This document shows, piece by piece, positions 1 to 12,659 of a stretch of 64,000 nt of DNA (position 1 is its first letter; each line of letters begins with the position of its first letter). The position numbers and the translations under genes are program-made. The DNA is from Isurus oxyrinchus (Eukaryota): positions 77,128,001-77,192,000 of the forward strand of contig JANJGN010000020.1 in the NCBI GenBank assembly GCA_026770705.1, read 5' to 3'. The notes beneath the pieces were generated by a model that searched no databases, had not been told where the DNA came from, and worked only from the letters and a program-made list of their open reading frames with translations.

Positions 1-149
1 TTCTGGTATATTTATGACCAGATAGTGTTGATCTCGTTCAACCGCTGAACTGGAAAATGAGGTTATGTTTGCTTTGGAATGTAACCCTTCCCATGCCCTT
101 ACTTGCTCCATGTTTCCTTCCGCAGATTTGATGTGGACACATCGGGAAA

Positions 150-1000
150 TTGGCTATGGCCCAATATTCAACAGAAGCTCACCAACACCCAGCTATCTTG
201 AATACACATCCATGCACATCGCTTACTGGAACGGCTCTTTTACGTTCTCTGAGAATCTCAGTTTCTGCGGAATATGTTCGATTATCCCTTCTAGCTTTCT
301 CTAATAGAGCTTCCAATTACTTCAGCCGAGTATTTCCAGCGCACCGTGGTTGACAGAACACAGCTCCGTGCATGTAACATGTCTCACACTTCGGCTTTCA
401 CACCTTCTCCCACTCCAAGATCCACAATAGGTTTCTCCTTGCCCTTGCCGACCATTCCACACATCTCTAGTATCATTCGGTCCACCTCTGCATTTTCAAT
501 CTCATCCATCATGTTGTCATCACCCAATATGTCCAACTCACCTCTACTCTTTCACTGTGATAATGGGTCTTTGCTCCACTCCGCACTTGTCTCCTCCTAA
601 ATCAATCCAACCCTTCCTTTTCTGAAGAACCTTCCCATGCACGCAATGAACATGCAACACCAGCCCCTTTCTCTCTGCCCTTCTCTCTGACCTACGTCCC
701 AAACACTGCTTCCAAATGGAAAATGGATTTGTTTGAACTTCTGTACATTGAGTATACCCAGTTCGCTGCTCAACATGCAGCCTGCTCTACATTCTGGAGA
801 TTAAATGTAGATTGGTGATCATTTCTCAGATACATCCATTCCGTCCACAAGTGTGATCTTCTGGTCGCTTTTCACCCTAATTATCTGTTCTGCTCTCACT
901 TTGACATGACTGTCATTGAACCCTCCTACTGCTCCAAGGAAATGGAACCTGTGCTCCAGGAGTAAAATCTCACAGTTCCTAAAGGCACTTTCTAGGCTTT
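150..1000 (+). mobile_element. Penelope-like retroelement remnant (RT C-terminus plus GIY-YIG endonuclease), decayed
   Basis: Decayed 'YYKPTDSHSYLDYTSSHP'-like segment at about 160-215. A GIY-YIG-like 'RCSTCSLLYI.E.K.RLGDHFS' segment lies at about 760-835. Multiple stops and frameshifts. Confidence 0.7.
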
Positions 1001-1374
1001 TGGATTTTCCATAATTTTCCACAATCATGATCACACCCACTGTATTTTTCTTCCTTCTTTGCTCTTTGTTGTTGCGTTGGGAAAAAATTTGTTGATATTG
1101 ATTCTGTTATATACAGTTTGCTGTCTTTTAGACATTCCTCTTCTGCTTTTCCTTGTTCCACTTTGACTTCTGCCATCACTGCTTTTGTCATTTGATTTCT
1201 CCTGTTTTCCCCATTACCATAAGCATCTCCTTTTGATCTTGCTTCCCCACATCCGTTTTTTGCCTCTACTTGCATGAAAACTGTTCCCTCTGTAACTTTT
1301 GCCTGCTCTGATAAAAGGTCACATGCTGCCGGATATCTTGAGTATTTCCATCGTTTCCTGTTTAATTCCATTCA

Positions 1375-2330
1375 GGGTGTTTACATTCAGTAATGTGCAG
1401 CTCGGCATGGTTATATTCACAGTGCGCACGCCCAGTTTGACACGGTTACTTCCATTGTGGACTAGTTCAATTCATTTAGTGTAGCCATGTCAATCCCGGC
1501 AATAACGAATGTGCACAGGTGTGTGAATTTACATTTTGTGTGGCAACATCCAGTTCAGGACATGTGTGCTTCGTGCTTTCAGGCTAAGCTCAGTGCACTC
1601 ACATTCAGAGAAGATAACCTCCCGTTGAGCACCATTAAATTAATGGTGGAGCGCTCCAGGTCGACATAGTTATATGCCATGTAAAGAGTCCCGTCCAGCC
1701 CGCTTGCAATCACTGTTAAGTGGAAAACCAGTTTAGGGGTAAATCATGCTATTGTGACTGTCCAGTTCAGTAAATTGCATTCACTGCATTCAGGTTAAAT
1801 TGTGCACAGCAGCACTCAGTGCGAACAGGCCAATTTCTATCCTGTTACACTGAATGCACATAGACGACCTTTAGCCCGGTTATAGTCAACTTTGTCCGGT
1901 GGAATAGAGCTAGGTACTATGTGCACAGTCCCGGCTGCAAACACTTTCTTTCTTGCTGTGGAAAATTTCACTGCAGCGTGATTACTTTCTATGTAGAATA
2001 TCAATTTCATTACTGCTGTATTCGATGGAGAAAGGACTGGCTGAGCATGGTTATGTTTTGCGTAGACTTATTGAAGTCTGTTCAGTGCTAATGAATGTGT
2101 ACATGGACAAGTGCATTCAGACTGGATTGGTTTAATTCTGCACTCTTACTTTTAATGTGAGCTTCTGTAGTTCACTGTGGTGGACAGTCCCAATTGATTA
2201 CTGTTACTGCCAACGTGAACCTTTTAACTTCTCTGAGTCACTCTGTGTGCAGATGGCTTGATCAATGAGCTTACATTCAATTTGCACAATTACAGTTCTG
2301 CAGCATGATTTTCAGTACAGACTGATGTTG
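1375..2330 (+). repeat. Degenerate ~35-bp tandem repeat (consensus about CAGTGTGCACAGGCCCAGTTCAGCACGGTTACATT)
   Basis: Recurring GGTTAYATTCA / GTGCACAG / CCAGTTCAG motifs; GGTTA at 1409 and 1444 gives a 35-bp period. Confidence 0.7.
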
Positions 2331-2409
2331 GCCGGAGAGATTTTATTTATTGTGATTTTCCATGACAAAATCTAGGTCTATTTTTAATGATAAAGTAAGG
2401 CTCATAGGC

Positions 2410-2660
2410 AAAGTACCAGGAGATGAGGCGGTTCTGGAGACTTTAGAATTGTCTTCTCCAGAAAACAAGATACGGCAGGGGCACTAAATATATTCAAGGC
2501 ATAATTAGACAAATTATTATTCGACTAGAGATTCAGTTGTTACTTAGTCTGGCAGGAAAATGGAGTTAAGGCCACGATCACATCAGTCATGAACTTACTG
2601 TATGTTGGAGCAGGATTATTGGGCTGAAACGCTTACACCGACTCTCATCTCTTGTGATCT
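2410..2660 (+). mobile_element. CR1-type LINE 3' end fragment
   Basis: Resembles the 3' ends of other CR1 copies in the window (ATATTCAAGGC...AGATCAGCCATGA...GGGCTGAA...CCTACTC). Confidence 0.55.
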
Positions 2661-2689
2661 CAATGACTTCAAATAAATATCCAGCCATT

Positions 2690-3597
2690 GTCACTGTTTA
2701 TGCCATTTGGCAATAGATTGAAAGAGTATTTAAACGCCCTTTTCTGTTCCGCTTTGTATTTAGTCTGGGTCCCTGCATATATAAGTTTATTGTTACAGGG
2801 TCAAAGGAGTTAAAAAACTATTGCCTTTGCTGCAGAATAAATTTTGTGTCAATGGAAATGGAACTGATAGATCAGCTATTTCCCATACATTGGGTAAACA
2901 GGAAACGTACAATATGCATCAAGGCCAGTAAGAGGAAACTGCCTGAGATGAAGAAGAGTACAACAATAGACTTGCTGTGGCTCTTCATCTCTGAGTCACT
3001 CTGATTCTCTCCATTCCTGTGGGATCAGAGTCTGCAGCAGGATCTACTTGCCAGTAGAATATTTCAGAATGTCTCAATATCGAGCAGCAAAATCAGGAGA
3101 AAGGAGAGACATGGGGTTAGGATACAATCCAGCCAGTCAAACATTCTCCATGGAAATGAAATATAAAATACATCATATATGATAGAGCAGTGAGTTACGT
3201 TGTTAACGATATAAATAAGTTCATATATGAAATAAAAAACGGTGTTTATCAAAGAGAACAGCTTACAGATCATTCCTAAATTTCCAGCTGCTGTTTTCTT
3301 ACTGCAGGTTTTCATTTTCAGCTTCTGGTGACAAATGGCTAGGAAGCAGTAAAAGGTGAATTTGAAGGTTGAGCAGAGAGTACAACATTTGGAACCAAAG
3401 TTTAAAGCATCAAATACGACATAGAGGAATGGTGGACAGAAAACTGACTGGAAAATAAACAGCCAGAAATGGGCTTAATGTCACGGTAATGCTAATGACA
3501 AGGAAATCTGTCAACACCATGGATACCAGATCCTGCGTGATACATCAGGAGAGACCACAAAATCCTCGGAAGAAGATCACAATTATTAGAAAGTTAG
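2690..3597 (-). pseudogene. GPR139/GPR142-like class A GPCR pseudogene, exon 2 (TM1 end to TM7)
   Basis: Acceptor TTACAG then ANFLIIVIFFRGFCGLS*CIT...; FTFYCFLAICHQKLKMKTCSKKTAA (DRF motif mutated); PWRMFDWLDCILTPCLSFLLILLL; NGENQSDSEMKSHSKSIVVLFFISGSF; IYAGTQTKYKAEQK. Contains in-frame stops. Confidence 0.9.
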
Positions 3598-6500
3598 CTG
3601 TAAGAAAGACAGCGAGAGAGAGAAAGAGGAGATAGAGAAGAACAGAATTAGTGCCGAAACCCTCAGCTACCCCTGCAGTTTGGTGGGAGAATGGTATGGA
3701 ATTTGTATCATGAATACTTGATTCAACGCTGGAACTGATTAATTTAGCAATGTAGTGCCTTTTTTTATTAATATTGCCCCAGATACATTGGAAGTTGGAA
3801 CATGAAATAACACAAAACACTTATTTTCTGATTCTTGTAAAGTTTATGCAATCTAGAAGTAGAAGGAATTGAACAAGACTAACGTATTAAATTGACAAAA
3901 GGGCAGCCTGAAAATGGCATAACGTACAGATAATAAATCAATACATTTACTCGTTTAAAAATGCAGCAAATAATAACGTTATGAAATGTTAAACCGCTAT
4001 AATACTTAAAGCAATAGAATGACAGGAAATAAGATATGGGTAATAACTCATACCTAAGAAATAAATGAGGGAACCACGGGACGATGGAAAATAAAGTTGA
4101 GCGAACGCCATTGATTTAATTCGGGTTTAGTTCCTGTGGAAACAGGTCAAAGAGCATCAGCGGTTTTTTTGCAGCTGAATGATTGCTGTATTGGGAGATT
4201 AGGTCTCGAGTTATTAGTGAAGATTTTCAATTGAAGAAGCAGAAAGTCTTCCATTTAGAGTCTCACCAAAAGAGCGACAGAGCAGGTAGTGCTGTCCTTC
4301 CTCAGGAGTATGCAGCTAGATTAGGGACTCGCAATCGGGAGTAGGGCTCAAACCCAGGGCTTGAACACTGATATTTCAAAATTTAGATCCCCGAAAAAAA
4401 GTGGCTGTGAGTATAATAAATACTGGCTCCCATGGGTATCACACAGCCTTGACAACAAAATGCATCTTAGGAGAATTGAATGGAGCAGTGAACAGTAGCA
4501 ACAGAGTTAAAAAAAAAAGTCTTCATAACTGTTGATCGATTGCAACTATTTGATAAATTTACGAATAAACATGTGGAGGGTAAACAAAAATCTGGAAAAA
4601 TACATTTCACAACCATTTATAGTTTCGCGCCCACTAGAAAATATGCTGATCCGTAATGGCTAAGCTCGAAGCGCCACAAAAAAAGCGCCACCCTCCCACA
4701 AATTATATTCCTTCTTCCACAGTTTGCTCATTCAGTTATCGAACATCAACACTTCGCAATGTCCTCTTCTTATGTAAAATATTTACTGTGCCACATGGCT
4801 TATTTTCGGCAGCAATTTGGATACGAAACTTACTATTGCTTCATCTTGAACCTTCTAAATGTGGTGAAAAGCTGAGATCCAAATACAAATCCTGCGAATC
4901 AGCTGTCACCCCCTGTCAATTGAAATGAATTCACATTATCCATCAACAAATTAGATGAGCTTTGTACAAACCACAGCCATCGCGATTTAAATTTACATCG
5001 ATATCACTGTAAATTAACATCTAGGCATGTAAAATAAATGACCTGTTTAACTAAGAATTTCAGGTTTTAATGACATTATTGAAGTAACAGTTAAACAACA
5101 TTGTGCAACTTTTGTATCATTGCCAAAAAGTCCTTGAACACAAGACACAGAAATCGTGGGAACGCATAAAGCAATCTTGATTTTTTTGCTGTTGGTGGAC
5201 AGCCAAACATCCAGAGAAGCTAAACAGTAGACATCTGACCCTCAAGGCTTCACAGTTAAAAGAAAAGATGGAAAAGGCCTAATTCAGGAAAAAAATACGT
5301 TGAGTACAATGAATTCAGATTCAGAATGTTTCCGTTTCGTATTTTGAGTGGTTCAGAAAACTGACTGGAAAATAAACAGCCGTAAACCGGCTTAATACCA
5401 GTGTAATGATAATAACATGGAGATCTGTCACCGCCATGGACACTGCGTATCTAGAAAGACCACAACTTCCTCGGAAACGGATCACGATAGTCAGAAAGTT
5501 AGCTGTAAGCGAGACAGAGAGAGAGAGAGAGGAGGGAGAAGGGAAGAATTAGTGCTGAATCTCCCAGCTACAACATCCGTTTGGCGGGAGAATGGAATGG
5601 CTCATGGACCATCAATATTTCATTCAACGCTCGAACTGATTAATTTATATTGTCCCAGAAGTCGGAATATAAAATGACACAAAACACTTACTTTCCGATT
5701 CCTGTAAATTTTATGTAATCTAGAAGTTGAAGGAATTGATCTTCACTAACGTATTAAATTGACAAAAGGACAACCTGAAAATGGCAAAAGAAATACAGAT
5801 AAAAGCTCATTGCATTTATTCACTTCTAAATAAGTAAATAATAATGTTTTGAAACTTTAAACCGCTATAATAATGAAACCAATCGAATGACAGGAAATAA
5901 GATATGGGTAATAACGAATTCCTAATAAATATCAGAAGGAACCAAGGTACGATGAAAAAGAAAATTTGAGCGAACACCATTGATTCAATTTCGCTTTTGC
6001 CCCTGTGGAAACAAGTCAAAGCACATCAAAGGCTTTTTTACAGTTCAGTGATTGCTGTAGTGGGAGATTAGGTCTCGCAGCAATAGTGAGGATTTTCAAC
6101 TGATAAAGCAGAAAGACCTCGGTTTAGAGCCTCATCAGAAGGAGGACAGAGTAGATAGTGCTGGACTTCCTCAGGGGCATGGAGCTAGGCTACAGACACC
6201 AGATCGGAAGTAGGGAACAAACCCAGGGCTTTCCGAATGAACACTGAGATTTCAAAATTTAGCTCAGCTAAATAAAGTGGCTACGAGTATAATGAATTCC
6301 GGCTCCGAAAGGTATCACACAGCCTTGACAACAAAGCGCACTTCTAAGGAGAATTGAATGCGGCTATTAAAGGAGTTAAAAATGGTGGTCATCACAGTTC
6401 ATCGAATGCAATGATTGATGTTAAATTTACACATTGTTAATCGAACACCAATAAACATGTGGCGGGTAAACAAAAACATGGAAAATACTTACCACTATCA

Positions 6501-7200
6501 TTTATAGTTTCACGCTAATTAGAAAATATGGTGACCTGCAATGGTTAAGCTTAAAGCGCCAGAGAAAAACACCCTTCCACAAATTGTATTCTTTCTCCCA
6601 CAGTTTGCTCATTCAGTTATCCAACAACAACTCTTCGCAATGTCCTGTTCTTCTCTAAACTATTTACTGTACCACATGGCTTATTTTCAGCAGCAATTTG
6701 GATACGAAACTTACTGTTGCTTCATTTTGATCCTTCCAAATGCGGTGAAAAGCTGAGGCCCACATACAAATCCTGCGAATCAGCTGTCACTCCCTGTCAA
6801 TTCAACTGTATTCGCGTGATGCATCAACATATTAGATGAGCTTTGTACACACCGCAACTATTGTGAGTTAAATTTACATCGATATCAATGTAAATTAACA
6901 ACTAAGCATGTGAAATGAATGACTCGTTTAATGAAGAAATTGAGGTGTAAATTACAATTTGCAGTAAAAATTAAACTATATTATGCAGCATTTGTATCAT
7001 TGCCAAAAATACTGTCAACACAAGAAACTGAAAGCACGAGAACACATAAATCAACCTTGAATGTCTTGCCATTGGAGTGCAGACAAAAACCCATAAAAGC
7101 TAAATAGTAAACATCTGACCTTCAAGGATTCACAGTTAAGCAAAGGTTGATAAGAACTAATTCTGGGGAAAAAAATATAGAAAACAATGAATAATGCTAG
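3440..7200. repeat. Diverged tandem duplication, two ~1.9-kb units (about 3440-5320 and 5345-7200)
   Basis: Collinear matches throughout: acceptors at 3598 and 5503, and paralogous ORFs MAKLEAPQKK (4656) and MVKLKAPEKN (6541). Offset about 1885-1905 bp. Confidence 0.9.
5345..5502 (-). pseudogene. Truncated GPR139-like GPCR exon-2 fragment (from the tandem duplication)
   Basis: CTTACAG acceptor then ANFLTIVIRFRGSCGLSRYAVSMAVTDLHVIIITLVLSRFTAVYFPVSFL. Ends at the duplication junction. Confidence 0.85.
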
Positions 7201-7779
7201 ACAGTACAGTATGCTACAGAGACAAGACGCATGCCCTTGCAAAAGCCATTACCCAGACACAAAACTACAGAGACATAGCTCAGCCATCTTTAGGATAAAA
7301 AGTATTGAGTTATGAGAGAATTGCATTCAAAAGTAAAGAGAAATGTACACTATACAATGAAAATATTATACTAGATTTTAAGAATAACTTCTTCAAATCG
7401 GTATTTGTTCGGATATCCAGATTGTTCAATAAAGTGAATTGAAAATCTTATGCTTTCTCACATAGGATTGCTATGTTATATTCGGTGATATAGTATTGAT
7501 ATGCATATGAGTTGTAGCCTCATACTGAAATCCTCACGAACCCACATATAAGTAACAATATTGTAGAAATCGTAAGTTTGCTTTCTAAGTGCGGATATTG
7601 GTAAACTTTTAAAGAGTTTTTTCATTCTGTAATATACCTGCAGTAATATTCTACCCTGGCATAATTTTGCTGGTTCGTCAACTCCGAGGAGCTGTCTGAG
7701 TTGTTTTGAATTCGTACAGAGCAGTTGTTCGAGGCAGGGAGTGGCGGTGGGGGAGTAATGCAGTCAGATCAATGTTACA

Positions 7780-8350
7780 TTTCGAAAAGGCCATTGGGAG
7801 TAATAATTGATTAGGATCGATATATGGCTATAATAAGAGAGCAGGGTCATTGGAATATTTCTGAATGAATACTGTGCTGCAATGCGAATGACAGGCAGTG
7901 CCAATTATCTTGGCTTGATACTAGCCTATAGTGAGAAGAAAGAAAATTGTGAATTATTTTGGATTGGTACAAGCTTATTGTGAGAAGAAAACACCAGTGT
8001 GAAATATCTCGGATTGCCAGAGGCTCACACTTAGAAAAAAGGGCAGAGTGAATTGTTCCAGGTTCGTACCAGGTTGAAGCGAATTGCTAGGCAATGTGAA
8101 ATGTTTTGAACTGAGACAGGCATATAATGAGAGAGCCTAGCAGTATGAATGCCCCTTGGATTGATACAGGGCTGGAGTGAAAAGGCAGCAATGTGTGAAT
8201 TTCAAGAATTATTTTACTAAAGGGACATGGACGAAACAGTGAACGATTTTTGATGCATTCTGGCCTGTAGTGAGAGGGCAGGGCCGACAAAATTGTTTTG
8301 GGATGATACAGGGCCACGATGATAGAGTAAGGCACTGTGAACAATTTGGC
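7780..8350 (+). repeat. Degenerate ~49-bp tandem repeat
   Basis: (G/A)TGAA anchors at 7949, 7999, 8048, 8096, 8145 and 8195. Unit is roughly GTGAATTGTTTTGGATTGATACAGGCCTATAGTGAGAGGGCAGGGCAGT. Confidence 0.7.
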
Positions 8351-8389
8351 TTTCTGCATTCATCTGTTCACATTGGGAGATCCTCATAT

Positions 8390-9250
8390 CATAAAGTTAC
8401 CAGGACATTTAGAGACAGAAGGAATTCATTGAGTCCTTTGCAAACATTTAGGATCTCTGAAGCACAATTCAGTCAGTCTCCTCCTCCCCATTGTATCTCA
8501 GCCGCCCTTCACGTTTATTTCCATTAAGTAGCTATCACATTACCATTTGAAATCATGAGTCATCTCCGTTTCCACCACAATTGTAGGCAGCACCTTGAGG
8601 TCATGACCACTCGCTACATAAACACCTTTCTTCATCACGTGCTGCCAGCACGTTTCACGCGTTCCTCAAAACGTTGCACCCAAGCAACTTTACGATCGGT
8701 AACTGGGAACAAATTTTCTGCTGTCTACCTTATATCAATCCGTTTAATCTGGGAAGTTTCTACCAAATATCTCATCAATTCCCTTTCCTCCGATGAGAAC
8801 AACCCAAGCTCCACTCACCGAATATTGCTGCCAAGGTGCCGCATCCCTCTTAACATTCCAGTAAATCTCCTCTACACTGCATAAAGTACACACACATTTT
8901 ATCTGGTGCATGGTGACCAGAAAAGGACACAGCGATTTAATTCTGATCTAACCAGAGTGTAAATTGTTTCAGCACAGCTTCCTCGTATTTATGCTCAATT
9001 TCTCGATTTATGAACTCGAAAATTCCGAAGCGTGTTGTAACGATACTTTCAACATCTTATGGCACCTTCGAATATCAATTCACATGGACCCTCAGGTCCC
9101 TCTGTCCTTGCGCACTGTTTAGAACATTAACATTAAATGGATATTGTTCCTCACTGGCCATTTTACTAAATCTAGCATTTCCTGGGTAAGTCCCATCTGC
9201 CACTTTGATTCAGATGCTGTAGACTTTTGAAATCAGAAGTCCTCTTCCTA
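8390..9250 (-). mobile_element. CR1-type LINE 3' fragment, old
   Basis: Reverse-complement similarity to the CR1 RT C-terminus and 3' UTR seen elsewhere in the window. Confidence 0.6.
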
Positions 9251-10229
9251 ACTCTTTCCAACATTCTGGTATGTCAGGGTCCTCGTAGTATTGCCTATGA
9301 AATAAGTTAAATGTTGCGTTTCTAGTTTGGTCTAAAACTAGCATTGCCTTCTTCATCTTGTTTCTCGCTTTTATTTCAGTGATTGGGCAAGCACAGGCTT
9401 GGCCAATTTAGTTTAAATTATTCGCAACTACACTAGCTGTGCAACATTACTGGTTGCAGCTCTGTTGTTTTGTACACCGTCCCTAATGAACAAATGCCTC
9501 CAGGTTATTCCCCCCCACCCCACATGACCACCCGCTCCCCTTCCCATACTTCCCTGAAGAATCAGTGCTGCTCCATGTTGAATGTCACTTGCAAGAAAGA
9601 CTAAGAGTTGCAAGGTCGCAGAATGAACTCAGGAGGCTTCAGTGTCCATCACCAAGTGTGTCTCCGAAGCAGCGATAAATATTGACCTGGCTGCATGCCC
9701 AAGGAAACACCTACCAGATTTTGCCTGTGGTAGGTGGTGAGGAAGCCAAAAAACAGGGAAAACACACGTTATCTGATCATAAGTAAACTACCTGTAGCAG
9801 ATAAACCTGTCCACCATAGTATTGGGAGAAGCCTCCAGTACACATTCTGTGTAAACATGAAAACCGTCACACTGTCATGCTGTGTGGCGCTACCATTGTG
9901 CTAAATCAAAGCAAGAAAATCAAAGCCGGATTTCCATTAGGCGTAGTGAGCCATCAGCAGTTGTAGCATTATATCAAATCTTAGTTTGTAAACTCATGGC
10001 CCGTTATACCCCTCACTTTGACATCATGAAAAGATGAAGGGATCAATCCTGATAAAGTGAAGGGTGTAGGACAGCATGCCAGAGCCCCAAAGGATATAAA
10101 AAGGAGGTTTCGACCTGGCGAAGTGAAAAAAACAGAAACCTGTGCATGCCAAGCAGCTGAAAAATGATGTGATTGACAGCTCTAAGATATCCCACAAACA
10201 ATTGGTCAAACCAAAGATCATCAATCCTT

Positions 10230-10730
10230 TCACATCCAATCATGAATGGCAGTGGGCAATAGAAGAATAAAGACAAAGAGGGTATTCCACAAATATCCTT
10301 AACCCTAAAGATGGGGGAGTCCAGCATATCAGGGCAAAAAGAGATGGCTGAAGGATTTTAATCCACTTTCAGCCAGAACTCCCGAGTGGAAGATCCATCT
10401 CAGACTCCTCCTGAGGTCTCCATCGTCCCAGGGTTCTGTCCTCACCCAATTCGATTGATTCCGTTTAATATAAAGACAATTGAGTACAACAAATGCCACA
10501 AAGTCATGGGCCCGAAAAAAGACCCGGCTGTAGAATTGAAGATTAGTGCCTCAGAACGAGTCGACTCCATTTGCGACTTCAGTACATCTTAGAAAGCTGG
10601 CTATGACTCAAACACTTGGACGCTGCCCAAATATGACCTGTCCAGAAAAGGAAGGAAAAATCCATTCCGGTCAACTATCGCCACATTAGTCTACCTTGCA
10701 TTACAAGCAAAGCGATGGAAAGTCTCGCCA
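10230..10730 (+). mobile_element. Internal fragment of a second CR1/L2-clade LINE family (family B)
   Basis: Reads 'KSIPVNYRHISL..ITSKAME', typical of the pre-RT region (NYRPISLLSIISKVME). Confidence 0.65.
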
Positions 10731-11494
10731 TTTTTGTTAATGGTTGGTGGAAAGTCACTCATGTGAATGGCGCTGTGCTTCAAGAAGCGCTTCGTCGTAT
10801 CTTTGTAACGTTTTCCCTGTCCTTCCCTGAAACGTTGGCCAATTAAGTGATGGAAAATTTAGAGCACGTGGCGTGTGGTCAATTTCCTCGGGGCATGAGC
10901 ATAAATTTGAAATGAATAATAGTTCATTGCAGTATTAATGGAGAGATGCGCTGATTGAAGTTCGGACAGTCGGGTGGCATCTAAAACTTAAGCCATTTTC
11001 ATGATCCCAGGTGGATGCAAGAAACATCATGTTGGGCAATTTGGCTTGGTGGGGCTTTATCTAAATTAAAGTTATCCTATTTTTGACCATAGCCTCGGTC
11101 GCATTGAGCAAAACCGTGTTGTCGTGGACTGTGCTTTGACCAAGTAATCTATTAATATTGAAACATACACAAAAGTATCAGAGTGCATGTGCGTAAAAGT
11201 ACAAAGATTAGTCAGAGGGGAATATGATATTCTAACGATAATAGATATCTTCCACAATATCTGTGGTGATTGCAAGTCTCATATTCCTATTTGCAATGCA
11301 TTTTGAATCATTCTTTTTAACTCTTTGCAAAGTAAACTTCTCCCGCCTTCACACTGTTCTGCGACTGATGGAACATCCCAGGTAGTGTGGCAGCTCAAGT
11401 GCAATTTATCAGCTCCCAGCAGTTGGATTATGTGTTTGATATGACGAGGAAATTCTAATAGGCCTGCAATATTGTTTCCACTCAATACTTATAC

Positions 11495-12125
11495 CACCTT
11501 TTTTATTTATTCCTGCGATATGGCCCTGGGTAGCAAGGTCAATCTTTATTGCGAATTGCTCATTTTGTTTAGAATTTCGTGGTGAACTGCCTTTTTGAGC
11601 CCCTTCAGTCCATATGCACTATCTTCATCCATAATGCTGGAAGGCAGGAAGTTTCACAGTTTGACCAAGTGATGAAACTTATTTTCAAATTTCGAGCGTG
11701 AGTGAGATGCAGCTGCTGGTATTTCCACGTGCCTATTACCTTTGTTTCAGTAAAACCCGAAGTTTGGAAGGTGCAGTTACAGAATACCTGGTAACTTGAT
11801 TATTTTTTTCATGGGATGTGGGCAGCGCACAGAAGGCCACATTTGTTGTCAATTTGTGCGCACTTAAGAGGCAGCCATATTGCTGTGGGTCTGCAGCCAC
11901 ATACAGGCCAGATCGGGTAACGACGGCACATTGTCTTCCCTAAAGGACATTAGTGAAGCTGATAGGTGTTTGCAACAATCGATGACCTTTTTCATGGGCA
12001 CAGTTACCGAGATGAGCTTGATACTCCAGTCGCATTAAATGAATTAGCTGCTATGTTATGATTTAAAACAATGTCACAAAGGTATGTGCCTCGGCCTCAG
12101 AATCACCCAATCACGCTACCCCGAA
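11495..12125 (-). mobile_element. Family-B LINE 3' end followed by a SINE sharing the same 3' tail
   Basis: Tail motif TTCATGGGATGTGGGC...GGCCA..ATTT.TTGCC at about 11510 and 11810. SINE body (GGGTCTG.AGTCACAT..AGGCCAGA...GGACATTAGTGAA) matches 22430-22790. Confidence 0.65.
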
Positions 12126-12299
12126 TGTTGATGTAGGACGTTCGACTATCGCAATTACGTTAAATTTCAAGGGGAAGTTGTTTGATGTCCTCATCCTGGA
12201 ATTGGTAACATTTTGCTGTATCCTTCCTGAATACATTCTGCACACCTGGATCTCTTGATAATGGTTGGAATCACAAAATACTGTTCATTGTCGATATAA

Positions 12300-12625
12300 A
12301 CATATAATACTGCTGAAAAAGACCAGTCCAGAATAGTAGATATTGCTCATAACTGGACCTGCACACACTGAATGTAACCGTACTGAAGTAGCAATGTGCA
12401 GACTAAACCTAACTACAAGGATTTTAAGGAGGTCTCATTGCTTGCAATACTGATGAATTGGGATTGTTAACATTGAATCTAATGAGGTTGAACTGGAGCA
12501 GCCCACGCCAGAAGTAACAGTGTATTACTGAACCAGTCCTCTTTGAACACTGGTGTCGAGAAATTACATGTGCACATTGAGAATTACTGTGCAGACCTGA
12601 GTCTTTTCACACTCATTATAGACCA
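12300..12625 (-). repeat. 35-bp satellite (reverse orientation), left part, split by the CR1 at 12660
   Basis: AACTGGACCTGCACACACTGAATGTAACCGTACTGAA is the reverse complement of the unit at 1375-2330 and 59030-60140. Confidence 0.7.
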
Positions 12626-12659
12626 ACAGGCCCCATCTCTGTGGAAAACTATCATATAT

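Noticed and set aside
979-1371. 130-aa charged ORF
   Set aside because: It is the antisense reading of a pyrimidine-rich tract and hairpin end flanking the Penelope remnant; no recognisable domain.
4030-4140. Candidate GPCR exon 1 within the duplicated unit
   Set aside because: There is a donor-like AG/GTATGA, but no IYYP/GVP motif, and the donor is not retained in the second unit.
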